From the NCBI RefSeq assembly GCF_009914755.1, contig NC_060928.1: a stretch of DNA of 64,000 nt; one strand, 5' to 3'. Made by a program: the position numbers and the translations under genes. Source of the stretch: the human T2T-CHM13v2.0 reference genome, Homo sapiens. Below the pieces are notes generated by a model, which was not told the origin of the DNA, ran no database searches, and was given only the letters and a program-made list of their open reading frames with translations. This document shows positions 30,883 to 45,900 of the stretch, piece after piece. How positions within the stretch are numbered: position 1 is the first letter of the stretch; every line of letters starts with the position of its first letter.

Positions 30883-32712
30883 ATTACTGTAACTTTTTAA
30901 GTGTTGCAATCAATATCCTATAATTTTGTTCTCTTTTAAAATTATTTTGACTATTCTAGTTCCTTTGGTTTTCATATGAATTATAGAATCACTTTGTCAA
31001 TTTCTACAAAAATTCTGTTGAGATTTTTATTTTTATTGAGATTGTGTTGAATCTTTAGGTCCACTCTGGGGAAATTTACATCTTAAGAAAATTGAGTCAT
31101 CAGAATTATAAAAATGGCACATCTCTCCCTTTAAGTATTCTTTAATTTCTCTCAGCAATGTTTTATTTTTAGTGCATGTCTTGTATATCTTTTGTCAGAT
31201 TTATTTGTAAGAATCTCATTTTTGATGCAATCTAAATGTTTCTTAAATTGTCAGTTGTGTCCACTGCTAGTATGTGGAGATATTTGATTTGTTTTTATCT
31301 TTCCACCTTACTAAATTAGTTATTAATTTTGATAGCTTTTTGTAGATTGCATCAGGTTTTCTACAAAGTCACAAGTGTCATCTGTGAATGAAGAGAGTTT
31401 TATTTCTTCCTTTTCTATGTGTATGTCTTTTTATTTTTTGATGACTTTTTGCACTGGCTAAAATGTCCAGTTCAATGTTAAATAGAAGCAGCGAGAGAAG
31501 ACATTTCTATCTCCTTGCTCGTTTTAGGATGAAAGCACGCTGTCTCTCACCATTAATTACGATGGTAAATGTTGGTTTATTGTAGATGTCCTTTATAATA
31601 TCGAATAATTTCCCTTTTATTCTTACTTTGTTGAAAGTTTTTATCAGGACTAAATGTTGGATTTTTTCAAATGTTTTTTTCTGAGTTTAAGGTTATCATA
31701 TAGTTTTTCTTTTCAGTTTGTTAATATGGTGAATAATACTGATTTCTCTTCAAACGTAAAATCAAACATCATATATATTTTCAGATTCTTATATATTAAA
31801 ATTTTGTTTGAAACTTTACATTTATGTTCACTGGGAGTACTTGTTTGTAGTTTTTCTGGAAATGTCTGCTTTTGGCATCAGAGTAATTCTGGCCTTACGG
31901 AACGTGCTGGGAAGCATTCTGTCCTCTTCCATTTATGTTTGGTAGAGTTCAATGAAGTATTTAATATGAGCATATAATTTTCCTTGTGGGAAAGCTTTAA
32001 ATTCCCTTTTTAAAATTAATATGAGACTTTTATCAATTTTTTTTGTTTTTGAAGTAATTTGTCATTCACATTATATTGGAGTTGTTGAATATTTTGGCAT
32101 ACATTTTTCATATGATTACCTTAAAATTCTGTTAATACATAGAATATGAACTACTGTTATTTTTTATTCTTGGTATAGTTAATTCGGATCTTATTCCTCC
32201 CTACCTTTTCTTCCTGGCAAATCTGACTCAAGTTTTATCAGATTTTTTTTCCTCTCTAGAGACAGTTTTCAGGTACATTGATTTTTGTTGTTGTTTTTCC
32301 CCCCAATTTTTCTTTTTCTATCATGTATTTCTGTTCTGATCATTAATATTTCCTTTCCTTTGCTTTATTGGGCTTGTTTTTTTTTCTGACTTCTTAAAAT
32401 AGCACATGTGGTCATAAATTTGAGTACTGTTTTCTAATATGGCTTCTTCAAATTTATGCCTATACACTTACATCTAGTGACATTCTAGTTGTTCTGACAT
32501 TTTGTGCTTTCATTGGCATTCAGTAAAATTTCTAACTTCCAATTTGATAGCTGCTTTGATCCACATATTACTTAGAAGTGTGGTGTTTTAATATTTAATT
32601 AGGAATTTTCATGAGATCTTTTCTATTAATGACTTGTAATTCAATTGTCAGAGAACATACTTTGCACTAATTGAGTTATTTTAAATCTGTTGGCTTGTGT
32701 TATGACCCTAGA

Positions 32713-32758
32713 TGTTCTATATCTCAGTAAGTGTTCTATATCTCAGTAAGTGTTCTAT
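32713..32758 (+). repeat. 19-bp tandem duplication (TGTTCTATATCTCAGTAAG x2.4)
   Basis: Two perfect copies plus a partial third. Confidence 0.95.
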
Positions 32759-32810
32759 GTACTCTTAAAGAATTGGTGTAATCTGCTGTTAATTGGATTC
32801 TAAAATTGTC

Positions 32811-33291
32811 ATTTTTTTCTTTTTACCATTGTAACCATTTTTAAGTGTACAGATAATAGTGTTAAGTATATTCACATTGTTGTGAAACAGATCTCCAGAA
32901 CTTTTTCATCTTGTAAAATGAAATCCTATACCTGTTGAACAACTTCCCATTCTCTTCCCCACCCCCCGCAAGGCCCTGGCAACCACTATTTTATTTTCTG
33001 TTTCTATTAGTTTGACTACTCTAGATACCTCAAGTAAATGGAATCATACCGTATTTGTCTTTTTGTGGCTGGCTTATTGCACTTAGCATAATGTCCTCAA
33101 GGTTCATTCACGTTGTAGCATGTAACAAGATTTCCTTCCCTTTTAAGGTTGAATAATCCATTGTATGTTTATACCATATTTCATTCATCCATTCCTCCAT
33201 CAGTGGACATCTGGTTTGCTTCACCTCTTGGCCATTGTGATAATCCTATTATAAACATGGGTGAGCTAATATCTTTGAGATCCTGCTTTCA
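32811..33291 (-). mobile_element. L1MB2/L1MB3-like 5'-truncated insertion nested in the older L1
   Basis: CCATTTTTAAGTGTACAG...CTCCAGAACTTTTTCATCTTG...GAGATCCTGCTTTC; flanked by AAAATTGTCA/AAAACTGTCA. Confidence 0.85.
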
Positions 33292-33971
33292 AAACTGTCA
33301 ATTTCTTTGATTTGGTTGGTAGTGTTCAAGACTTCCATACGTTTATGGAATTATATATTTGTTCTATCAAGTTTTGAAAGAGTGCTATTGAAATCTTTAA
33401 CTGTAACAGTAGATATGTATTTCCCCTTGCAGGTCTATTGAGTTTTTGCTTCATGTACTTTGAAGCTCCATTACTCATACATAGAGTTTAAGATCTTAAT
33501 GTCCTCTCAACGAACTGATCTCTTTATCATTGCAAAAAGAATTTTTTTTTGTCTTTGGTGATATTCTTTGTTCTGTAATTTACTTTGTCTAGTGTCTTGC
33601 AGTTACAGCCACTTTATTTTGATTAGTTTAGCATGGTGTATCATTGTCATTCTACCCACTTAGATATCAGTGTTAAAGTTTCATTCCCTTTAAGCAGTAA
33701 AAAGATAAAACTGTATTTTTAATCCAATCTGATGGTTTTTCTACCTTTTAACTATAGTGTTAGTCACTTACACTTAATGTGATTGTTGACATGGTTGACT
33801 TTAAGACACCTGAAGTTGGCCATGGAGTTTATGACTGGCCATTTTCAACTTCAGTGTGAATACAGAATATTTATATTCCTGCATATTTTATTAAAAATTG
33901 AAAATGGAAATCTTTCAATTGGTCACAGAATGGAAACTAAAAACAAATACCAATGTTTGCTTTTATCAAGT

Positions 33972-34340
33972 TGATATGGTTTGGCTGTGTCCCCACCCAA
34001 ATCTCATATTGAATTTTAGTTCCCATAATCCCCACGTGTCATGAGAGGGACCTGGTGGGAGGTAACTGAATCATGCGAGCAGTTACCCTTATAGTGCTTT
34101 TGTGATAGTGAGTTCTCATGAGATCTGGTGGTTTTTTGAGGGGCTTTCCCCCCTTTTGCTTGGCACTTCTCCTTGCTGCCCCCATATGAAGGACATCTTT
34201 GCTTCCCCTTCTGCCATGATTGTAAGTTTCCTGAGGCCTCCCCAGCCATGCTGAACTGTGAGTCAATTAAACCTCTTTCCTGTATAAATTACCCAGTCTT
34301 GGGTATGTCTTTATTAGCAGCATGAGAATGGACTAATACA
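33972..34340 (+). mobile_element. THE1C MaLR solo LTR
   Basis: TGATATGGTTTGGCTGTGTCCCCACCC...GGGTATGTCTTTATTAGCAGCATGAGAATGGACTAATACA; TSD CAAGT/CAAAT. Confidence 0.94.
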
Positions 34341-34920
34341 CAAATGCTAACCTATAATTGTAGTATTTAAAAAGAGACTATAAATTGAGGCTTCTACTGT
34401 TAAGATAGAAGCCTAGTTTAAATAAGAGTTTTCTAAAATGTCTTAATTGGCAAATCCTGGACCAATTTTATTTTTATAGGTAGTATTGTATGCTATGCAT
34501 GAAGCTAGTTTGATAAATATTGGTTAAATTGGATTTTCTGAATCTTCCTGGATGTTTAGTTTAATACATTTTGTCTCATGCCCCTAACATTGCTTTTATC
34601 AATTTCTAAGACTATGTCTAGGTTTCTAATTCCTTCTAAAGTTTTAAATTGGCAGAATCATTAGAAGCAGTCGGATAAGTTATCTGCAGATCCAGGAAAA
34701 TTTTGATTTCACTGGTCACATTCCCAAGGTTGTCCAATCCCATATTCTGCCATTTTACAATGTGGCCTGTAAAAAGGAAGATAATTTTCTCACTCCTTCC
34801 ACTAACTCCAAACATGAGGAACCTCTTTATATATTTATTAAAAAAAGGTATGATAGCTTGATAAAGCTGGAGTTTGAATTATGGTAAAACAAAACCAAAC
34901 TGTTTTATGCATACAGTAAG

Positions 34921-35438
<518 letters not shown>

Positions 35439-36443
35439 AAAATTTTATATTTCTACCTTTATATTCTGTTTGATATGATTCCTAAGTTATTAATAAATAT
35501 TGTATATTTTATATCTAATAAGAATTGAACTATTAACAAAATTACTAATATACACATACATAAACTTGAATCAAATGGAAACAGTCTTGATATATTCCAC
35601 TCAATTGTTAACTGGTGGGAATGGATTTATGATTTAACATAGAGGGCAAATTTAATAGTTGTTTGCATTGTGAAGATAAGTCCCTGACAGCATTTCTTTT
35701 TATTGAAACTGATAGTTATAACTACTTTGAACCATTTACTTATACATCTATACATAGTGATCTTTAAAGACAAAATATTGAGTAATATTATAACATCTGG
35801 AGGCCTATTAAGCCGTTATAAACAATAGGTCATAGAACACTTTCACAGAGAGAACTGATTCTAACAAATTATTGTACTGACCCATGTAATTATCTTTAAT
35901 ACAAGAAGATATGATACTTTTAAAATAATGGTCAGAACAGAACTATAAAAGGATTTACCCAAGTATATACTGATGCATATTTGCCTGTGATGCCCTAGTA
36001 TGACAGACTGAGGACAAATATGATGAACATTACTCCAGATAAAGTTTCATTTTCAGTTCTCACTAATCTAGAACATGCTACTTTAGCCAGGACAAGATAG
36101 GTAGTTTATAGGTCTCATGGTGACCACATCATATTCCAACAATAACTAGCCTTTAAAACTCAGCAGTTTTTAACAGTAGTTTCTCATGCTTTTCGGTGAT
36201 TATATGCTGAATAATGTCCTAATGTTCTGTTGGAATGCATAGTTTGAAAATATCAGATTCACTGATGCAAGTCTCAAGTAAAACCACATTAAACCTTCAT
36301 CCATGACTAAGTGTAGTTCTTGCGGGGCAGGAGAGAGGTGGGAAACTAAAGGAGGAGAGCAAATAGGACAATGCTCTTATAGGATTGTATTGAACTACAA
36401 GTTCAGATTGTGTTTCTGAATTTGCTAGTAGTATAGAAAGCCA

Positions 36444-36451
36444 TATATGTA

Positions 36452-36513
<62 letters not shown>
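36444..36513. repeat. Compound (TG)n(TA)n(GA)n microsatellite
   Basis: Read directly. Confidence 0.95.
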
Positions 36514-36734
36514 AACAATGTTACACATGGTAGCTGATCTCAAGCCATCTAAAAAAGCTTGTAAGTAACATATTAGCATTACTATGCTTCATATGACATA
36601 CAGGGCACAGAGGATAATAGTATTGAAATTAATGTTACTACTAATTTTAATTTCCCAGGTGACTGGAAAAAATTTCAAGTTTCAAATTCAGAATTCCACC
36701 AGCATGATTTTCTGCTTCTAGTACTTCTTATGAA

Positions 36735-37242
36735 AGATTGTATTTTCCAAAGATGACTATACCCATGTATACATATGAAAATCATCCTATATACTTAAAA
36801 TGTAATGGTAATATACCTCTATTGAGAAGTACAATCTATGTTCCCTCTTCCCAAAACTGGGCGTACTTTTGTGACCTCTTTGACCAATAAAAAGTGGTAG
36901 AGGGGTGTTGCATGACTTCTGAGGTCTGACCATGAGTGGCAATGTGGTTTCTCTTTTCCTTGAAAGACTTGCTAATAAAACGGAAAGGCCATTGTGTCTT
37001 GCTGAGAGTCCCAGCTAGTCCCCTAACTGACCGTCAGCATCCATGGTCAGACATATGAGTGAATGAGGTTTCAAATGTTTCTAGGCCTGGATTTTAAGTC
37101 TCTCAGCCATGTCCCAGACATTGTGGAACAGAGACAAACTGTCCCACTGTATCCTTTATTTGTGACCAACTGAAGCAGACAGATAATTATTCTTTCAAGC
37201 TCTAAGTTTTGGGGTAATTTGTTGCACAGCAACAGACATAGT
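36735..37242 (+). mobile_element. MLT1G/H-like MaLR LTR
   Basis: TGTATTTTCCAAAGATG...TTTGACCAATAAAAAGTGGTAGA...CAGACATTGTGGAACAGAGACAA...CTAAGTTTTGGGGTAATTTGTT. Confidence 0.8.
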
Positions 37243-38679
37243 TTTATGATTGTACCTGTTTTCTTCATGGCACCACCACATTTGTCCCCCTGGCTACATA
37301 CATTTAGCCCTAACTTTTTGCTACAATGGCAAGGTTTAGGAGCTCTGACAGTACCAGTTCCAGCACTGGGGAGGGTAAGTAAGTTTGGAATGTGATAAAA
37401 GATACCAGGAGGAATAATTATTTCTGCAATAACAATTGCTGCAAGTATGGTGAATCCAGAAGTGAAGGAGAAAGATTAGATTCAGCAGCACTTTGAAGCC
37501 CATCAATATGTAATATCACTATGAAGTTGCTTTGCTATTTTGCTTCAATAGCTCGTGATTAAAATAAACTTTATTAAATTCTAATTTAATGATCTAAAAT
37601 ATTATTTTACTATTAGAATGCATTAGCAATGCTTAAACATTGAATTGTTATTGCCATTTGTTAAGATTTAGAAAACACCTGCTTTTAATAAGTTGGTACT
37701 AGCAGTAGGTCTTTATTTGAAGTTGAAATTTTTCCTTAAGGTGTTTGAGAAATAAGTGTACGAAGCTTCATTTCTAAAAAAAAAAATAAAAAACAAATAA
37801 AAATAAGTGGTCAAATGAAGTTGTACTCATGTTATTTGACCATAGTTAACATTTTACAGTAAAAAGAGTAGATAATTTGCAGTGGGACAGTGGATTTTGA
37901 ATATGTAGGCAATATTGATTAAAACAGTCAACTAGTTAACCCCTTTCTCAGTGACCTGAATAACCCAGTGCTATTGCTATTGTATTGTGCATTCTTTTCT
38001 TGAAACTCCGGAGAAAATGCTGAGTCTTTTATACTTTAGCTAACAAATTATTGGAGAAAATCTTGCATTAACAACTTGTGATTCATAGGTAATTTCTTGT
38101 CAGTGACAGATTTATGATCTCTTAATTTTTAGCCAGGTCTACTTCTGTAAGTACTAAACTCTAGCATTTATTTTTTAAAATTGGAAATTAGAAACATTTG
38201 ACTTAATGACGGTTGTCAGTATCAATAGAATAATAGTATAAGCAGTGATCTGCAAATTTTAAAAAATCAAATGACATGGATTTATTATGTTTTAGATTAC
38301 CATATTTTAAAAGCCTTATGGAAACATAGTCCACAATACATAATGTGTTAGAGTCTGGTCAGAATTAAAACAAAAATAAAGCAATTGCCAAACTAAAATT
38401 TCATGCAACATAACTTTTTAAATAAGAATAGAGACAGACATTTCCGGTGACATAAGCAGGTGAGTTTTCTTGGCTCTCTTTTTGACTACCTCCGTGTGAT
38501 CCCTATTTTCCTGCTAGAATGTACCGCCGGTCAGGTAAAGTTTAATATTTGATTTGAGTCTTACTCTACCAATGGTGGAATACAGCCTATTTATATACTT
38601 CCTTAGCTATTTTTTATAATGCTATTCAAACTACAATTGTCTGCCAGGAATACTCAATGTTTAAGGTTCTAATCAATTC

Positions 38680-39900
38680 TACCTTCTCTGTGAAGGCCTT
38701 CCCTTATCACCATCTAAGCCACTTCAATTTCAGGTAAACCTTCCACAACTCACTTCCACTGTTAAGGAATCTCATGTATACCTCTCCTAGAGCTGTGTGA
38801 TTGTTTTTACAATATTTTTTTCTGAACTCATTGAGGGCAGAGACTGGGTCATTTTTTTGGAAGTGACGTTCCATGGGACAGTGCTTGGAATATATAACAA
38901 ACTCAATAAATCCAGTTTGAATGAATTGAACCCTAAATGATAAGAAGGATATTAGAGTTTTACCTTAATAAGAGCAAAGAGTTAAAGACAGTGCAAGGCA
39001 TAATTTTAATGCGTAATTAGACGAGAGAAGAAGGGAGTAGGGGATAACCAGTAGATGAGACTAGAAAGCTAGAATGGAACCTTTAAATCCAGCTCATCTG
39101 TTACTTCACCTGGGAAAGCTTCTCTAAGCAGGGTGCACAGAAATCTGTTCTATGAACTCTTTATAGAGTTTCCTTAACTGTCTCATACAAATTTTTAGAT
39201 ACTATCTGGTATTAGTCATTTGTGGATATGATTTATCATTTCCGTTGAAAAGTGAAACTCTTCAAGGCATACTATGTTATACCTCAGGTTTCTGGTCCCA
39301 GAAATACTTACTGTTACAGCTTCTACAAGTGAGTGTTCAATCATCATTAGTTACATAAATAAATGTATTTAAATAAAAAGGCAAATAGTTATTATATAGA
39401 ATTCTTTAAAACTGGCTTCAGAAAGGTCATAAATCAAAAAACAGTGACATATAGTGAAATTACATGCTGGACGTTATTTGTGAACTTTTCATTTCTGAAA
39501 ATATAATTAGAAATAATATTTATAGTTAACTACATACATAAAACTAATACTAGAAAGAAAAATAATGCCAGCTTTCTTTGTGCTATGAAGACTAAAGTAA
39601 GCATTAGCTGTCTGCTTTTATGAGAATTTTTTTCCCCTTTGTTATAATAAAAATGTCCTTCAAATCCTTAGGCATTCTGAATTTCTAGAAACAAAACTGA
39701 GAGCATTTAAAAATACACGTTGTTAGACCATGATTTATTATAGTAATTATTTTCTAAAAACAGAAAACATAAAAGCACAGGACCTGAGGGCAGGGACATC
39801 TTTTTCATCCTTTTGGCCCCAGCTTAGTACATTGCTTTCAGAGAATAGGTACTCTATTTTTTACAAAGTATACTCTATCTGCTGAACTGAACTAAACTGA
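38680..39900 (+). mobile_element. Cluster of L2 3'-end fragments (~38680-38930, ~39080-39365, ~39780-39900)
   Basis: TGAGGGCAGAGACTGGGTC...CTCAATAAAT...TGAATGAAT; TGAGGGCAGGGACA...TGAACTGAACT. Confidence 0.6.
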
Positions 39901-40564
39901 CACACGCAAAAGAGTGAATATGAACATATACATTTATACATGTCAACATGTGCATGTTTACCACACTTAGGTTAATTAGAAACATTTTCCGTTGGAGTAA
40001 AAATACTTGCTAACGTTCATAGTAAGGAAAAGAATGGAAAGAATACATTAGGAACCTATTATATATAAGGCATTGTAGAAGATACTAAGAAGCATAAAAT
40101 TCCTAAGAAATTTCCACTTTAATGAGAAAAATAGCCTATGTATAGAAAGTTAAGCAACCATTAAGGATAACTAACAGTGCAATATATTAAATAGGTAACT
40201 ACTGAGTTGTGATCATTATTTGTGTTTCCACTCATCATCTGTTTTTTCACCCTTTTTAATATCATCCTGGTTTCCTCGAGGAGGAGCACTCTTTTCTACC
40301 TCGGTAAGGTGGAATAGCAAGGTGCTTGTGTTTTTCCGTTAGAGTCTCGGTAGTATATTTTTGTTAGATACCCTTTTTATACTGTTGACAGCCAAATGAC
40401 AGACAGGTGATCCTGGCCAATAGTATCTCTCACCTGGGACATTGAGGCTAAATTGGTACAAGGTTAAAACATTCATAAATGATGAGCTCTGTCAAGGTAC
40501 CTATAAGCTTGCGTAGTGGTCCCTTCTGATAGCTGTATGTTCCTATCTAGTCTGAGGATGGTTG

Positions 40565-41023
40565 TGTTACCAGTGGAGGGTCTTGACTATGGGTCATCCA
40601 GGCTCTTGGCATTTTGAACAAAGAATTGGACAAAATGCCCAAACAAAACAACAAAAGAAGGAAGCAATGAAAGCATAGGTTTATTGAAAGGGAAGTACAC
40701 TCCATGGAGTGGTGGTAGGCTCCAGCAAGCGGCTCAAGAGCACTGCTTACAGAATTTTCTGAGGTTTAAATACCCTCTTCCCATTTGTTAGTTGGTTACA
40801 CCCTACGTAAATGAAGGAGTGGCCCACCACCGGTCTGGTTGCAGGAGGTGACCCATCAGAAGTCCTCTCCATTTTTTAATCTTCAGGCTGAAAGTGGGGG
40901 TTACCTCTGATCCTTTTGTTACTTGGACATGGAGAGGTGGGGTTTTCTTTTTGATTCAATTCTAGGAAGTCAGTGAATATTGAGCTTAGGTTCCCTGCCT
41001 TCAGACCCTATTCTCCTCCCTCA
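40565..41023 (-). mobile_element. MER51 (ERV1) solo LTR
   Basis: Reverse complement begins TGAGGGAGGAGAATAGGGTCTGAAGGCAGGGAACCTAAG and ends CCCTCCACTGGTAACA; 4-bp TSD GTTG/GTTA. Confidence 0.88.
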
Positions 41024-42335
41024 GTTATTCACCCTTTCCCTCAATCCTCTGAGTGGCCTTTCATCCTGCTAGTAACAGCTGCAATTGTTGAAAGTTAGGC
41101 AACATTGCTTGTTTTGTTCTTGTTTCTATAGATTTTTTTGTTGTTAATTCAGCTTTTTAAAAATCCTGATTAAAATAATTACTAAATACTTCTAGTAAAT
41201 ACTAGAAAAGGTCAGAGGTAGGAGAGAGTTCTATGCTGCAGTGCTCTGAAAAAAAATAATTTCCAAAGAAATATTTGATGTGGGACTTTGAAGGATAGAT
41301 ACAAATTGACCAATGTTAAATGAAGAAGGCAGGCAGGCTTTTTAGTGATGAGGAAAGCCTGGTATTAAATGTTAGAAACTGAAGATCATGAACTGCCACT
41401 GGGAGAGAGAGTAAGTAGAAATAATTTTATGTGGAACTACAAATGTAGAATAGAAAAGGGGTTGAGCACATATGTTTAAAATCCTGATTCTGGGTTTAAG
41501 TGTTTGGTGTTTATGACATAAAATATTTGAAGATAAAACCAAGTTAGAATGCAAAAGAGTAAAGCCCTACTTTAGATAAGAAACAACTAATATTAGCTAC
41601 AGATCAATAAAATGCACTTTTAAAATATTTTTTTGCCTTGCTATTGAGTCTTGTTTCAAATTAAAGTATACACAGTACACATAATAATCAAAGTTGGTAT
41701 TATAAATATATAAATCCTATCTAAATTAAGAATATTACATGTTTTCTCTTATATAGAATGAGAGAAAGAAAAAGCTAAGTCTTCTGAAATCAATTTTTGA
41801 GATTTCATCTTAAGATTGGTAGACAAGGAAAAATGAGACAAGAAGTAAATCACAAAATTACGAAGTACAAGGAGATTTTTGAGAATTAAAAGAGAAACTT
41901 AGAGCTTTTGATCATAAAGGAAAAAAGGAAATTGCATCCTTCTGTACAATTACATCAGTATTGATGTATAATCCACACCATTCAGTATCTAAAATTTGAC
42001 TGGGCCTAAAATAGCTGCTGTGATTTCCATGCTAAATTAACAAGATAAATTACAGAGCATCATTTTATTGCTATTGTTGATGAAAAGTAAAAGTTGCAAT
42101 CAATCATCTAAATGAATTTTGGCATTATGGTTTGGGCAAAACATCTGGATTTGGATAGACATGTTTTGGTTTTTATTATCTGCACAAAGTTACACTCAGA
42201 TTTCCATACTTTTTCTTTTAGGGAATGTATCCTATCAATATGTTTTCCAAGGTTTTAACTACTAATTACTCTGGTTTTGATTAAACATAACACAAACTAA
42301 ATAATGGAGCTTAGATATTAGATACCATCAGCATT

Positions 42336-42614
42336 TGTGCTGTACAAATGGTAGCCATTGGCCATATCTTGCTACGGAGCTCTTAAATTATGGCTAGATT
42401 GAATTGAGATGTGCTCTAAATGTAAAATACATACTGACTTTGAAGACTTAGTATGAAAAAAGAATTATACATATTCATATAAAAGATAAAATATATATGG
42501 CTAAAACATTCCTGTTAAAGTAATTTCACTTGTTTCTTTTTACTTTTTAATACGGTTACTAGAAACTTAAAATTCTACTTGTGGCTTGCATTGTGTGTCT
42601 ACTTGACAGCACTG
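42336..42614 (-). mobile_element. MER33 hAT-Charlie DNA transposon
   Basis: GAATTGAGATGTGCT...TTTGAAGACTTAGTATGAAAAAAGAAT...TTGACAGCACTG. Confidence 0.85.
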
Positions 42615-44539
42615 ATCCAGAGCCTGAAGTAATGAAATCACTGTAGTTGAAGACGGAAGGCTGCCTTCTCTCTCCTACGTTCTCTGATCAAATAACCTGG
42701 GGCCTAATTGTGGACACAAATTGCTTAATTGTAATCAGTGATCTTGGTTTCTTCTGGGAAACCAGTATCTAAGCACCCATGATTGTTGCTCGTATAGCGA
42801 AGACTTGGCAATGAAAATTTCATAGCTCAGAATATGGGGTCAGTGTTGATAGATGAAGGGTTTTGAGCCTCCCCCTCCATCTTGACCCATAGGCAGGAGA
42901 GGATACGCTTATTTCAATGGGCAGTGGGACTATGTAGGGGCTGCCCAGGAACCGTGAGGCCTCCATGGCAGGGCAGTCATGAACTCTGCCTTCACTCCTA
43001 AGATCAGTTGAGTATTGGATCCATAAGCTGGCTAAGTGCACTGGCTTGCCATTGGATTAAAAAAAAATGCCTTTTTCAGTGACAGATTTGTTTTAATTCA
43101 AGTACTTAGACTGTTTTTTTTTAATTGCAAAGCATCAAAATTGGGTTTGAAAAGCTGCTTATCTTCATTATGTTTTCCCAGGGGGTGGCCTAAGATTCTC
43201 CATGTCACCGTATGTACAGAAAACATTATTTTGAATAAATGTGAATTCGCAAGTGCCATTAATCAAATTTACAAGATGATTGTTTTCTAATAAGCTTTGC
43301 CTGTCAACTTTCTTAGTAATTCTTTTACACCCCATGGTGAAAATGACCCATCATGCAATCTGTTGATGGCATTCATTGAATTAGAATTAGGCTTATAATA
43401 AATCTCACATACTTTAAAGTACAGTAATCAAGAGGATATGTTACTTAGCATTCAGCATTTCCATCTGTTGTACATTGGTAATCACTGGGTATTTCAGTCC
43501 AGTGCAAGAGCATATATCTGCCCTGCCTACACATCTAAAAAAATAGGCAATGTATTTGTAAGCTCCTCATTTTTTGCGTTGTAATTCAAAACATTTTCCA
43601 AAGAAATTTTTAAGGGATAAGCCTATATAACATGAATACTTTAAATGTTGAGACAGCTTTTTATTTAAGTCACCTACCTACACAATGTAAAATCTTAAAC
43701 GTAGGTAGTCCTTGTTTTGCATAGTGTCATGTTACTGAAAGCTTGCGTAGATGGGAATGGAGTCCTCTTTCGTAGGTTCCATGGTAACTAGCAATTGCCA
43801 AACTGTTTAGGAAAGCCATATGCCTAACTATGAAACACTCAAAATTCAGTTAGACACATTATACCATTAAGTATAAAATTAGAAATAAAGACAAGTACCA
43901 TCGTAGATAATTGTCAGATATTTTGTGCCAAATTTTATGATATTCCTAAATCCACTGGAGACTCCCGAACTGCTATGGATTTAGAGAGAAAAGTCATCTT
44001 CTCAGTTGTCTTTACCGTTTTATCTCTTCTTTCACGTTTACGCTACAAAAAATTGATTATAAATCTGGTTGCTGTGCAGACTAAGCATGGCAAAATGACA
44101 CAGCAATTTAGGAAATGTTTTGTAAGGTTCTTGGTGAGCTACTAGAGTCAAACCAATGGAGTGGCATAATGTCAATTTGCACCCTATTGACAAGTCCAGA
44201 TTTACTCACTTTGATAAGATTCTTCTGTAGATAACTTACATTTATCCTAAAACATAAATCTCCAAGCTTTATGTATTAGTGGAGAGGATTTTATATGCAG
44301 AGAATTAGGAAGCAATGAAAACTACCGATTTTAATTTGATCTGTTTGAAAATATTGAGAAGGTCCAATGCAATATAAGGCTAACATCCACCTCCTTGTTC
44401 CTATAACGTGACCACCCCTCATCTAGCATATTTTCATTCATCTTGACTCCTTTGCCAGTACAAACAACCTAACCAAATAATAATACTGAATTACAATAAA
44501 TTGCCAAGAAATATATTATTTCCCTGAGTTATTTTAAAA

Positions 44540-44718
44540 ATTCTCATAACCTTATGAAGTTGGCATCATAATTATGTCATTTTTTCAGAAGATGAAATAA
44601 AGCTTACAGGAAATGATATATAAAAATTCCACAAATTACATGAACAGCAAGTGGAAGAGTTAAACCTGGGAACCTGAACGGAGCCAGTCTAATTCCATAG
44701 CTTTTCACTGACATGCTA
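44540..44718 (-). mobile_element. MIR SINE
   Basis: TCTCATAACCTTATGAAGTTGG...TTTTCAGAAGATGAAA...AGCAAGTGGAAGAG. Confidence 0.65.
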
Positions 44719-44769
44719 TATTGCAACTCCCTGTTCCTTGTGAAGAAATCCGTAACTCATCTTGGGTTT

Positions 44770-45900
44770 CTGGTGTGTTATTATCATTCATATTCTCTCT
44801 CATTTCTTTATTACCCATTGTTTCTTTCATCCTTTATAATTTCGTCTTATTTTTCAAAATTTTGCTGAAACTACAAACCTCCCAAATTTCTGCTTTCTCA
44901 TTACCAACTTAGCCTCATTCTTTTTGGCTTTATTCAAATGACATCAGATACAATTAACCAGGTTAGCCTCTTAAACGTCTCTCCTTCATTTTGACAGCAG
45001 CATATTAAACTATTTCTCTTTCCTTTTTCATAGTGCTTGTATTTCTCATATGCTGGCTCTAACTACAAGTATTTCTGTGTTTTATCTTTGATCATCTTTT
45101 TGGTAATCCATTTTAATAGCTTCAGCTCTTGTTTCTAAGATGATAATGCCTTATTTTTAATTGAGAGTCTTAAATTCTCATTGGATGTCTGTTCTAATAT
45201 TTTGAATTGTCTGATGTTGACTTCCACTGGGACACTTCTCTACTGTATTCCAAGGCTCATCTAAGAGGAAGATTTTTTCATAAAGAAGGCAGTTGCTCCA
45301 GCACTTTGCTGCCAGATTAATAGACACAAGACAGCATTCTCAACATCTCTCTTCCCTCTTAAGAGCAACAAAAACAAAAATAAACAATAAATATTTACTC
45401 TTTATATACTTGTCTGGATTTTCAGACCTAGTTTAATGTGACATTTACTTATCAATCCCTCTTCACAATACTTCCTCTTATTGCATTCCTGTGTTCTCCC
45501 ATGCCCCATGTTTTCCTTTCTTTTTCCTTTTTTCTCTCATCTCATTGTCCAAAAATACATCATCTTCACTGCCCATAATTTTACTCTTTTTTTTGTTTGT
45601 CATGGTGTTTATTATTCTTCCTACTTATCCAAGTTTTTGTAAATTGCATTGGCAAAAGTGAAAACCAATATCCTCCATTAGGCGGACTACTTCTCTGCCG
45701 CCTCTTCATGGCTTTTGAATTATTAAATTGTCCTGGAATACTTGTTTGACTCTTAGTATAAGAGTGCATGTTAACATTTGTTAAATTTGCATGTGTGTTA
45801 TTCATTAGTTCTCTTATGGTGACAACCATTTTTTTCTTTCCTATTCCTCCTATAACGCAGCAGTGCTAAGCACACAATATGCATTCCAGTAAACACTCAT
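44770..45900 (+). mobile_element. Highly degraded L2 LINE
   Basis: Pyrimidine-rich tract with L2-like segments (AATAGCTTCAGCTCTTGTTTCTAAGATGATAATG; CAGTGCTAAGCACACAATA). Confidence 0.4.

Larger units (their letters stand above)
29190..33810 (-). mobile_element. Old L1MC/L1MD-like LINE, interrupted by THE1D and L1MB
   Basis: Antisense 3' UTR (CACCCATAAAACCATCACCATAATCAAG) followed by antisense ORF2 (GGGTAAATACCTAGGAGTAG, TTGCACTGGCTAAAATGTCCAG). Confidence 0.85.

Noticed and set aside
43700-43800. Possible Tigger-type terminus (TAGGTAGTCCTTGTTTTGCA)
   Set aside because: No partner inverted end or body could be identified.
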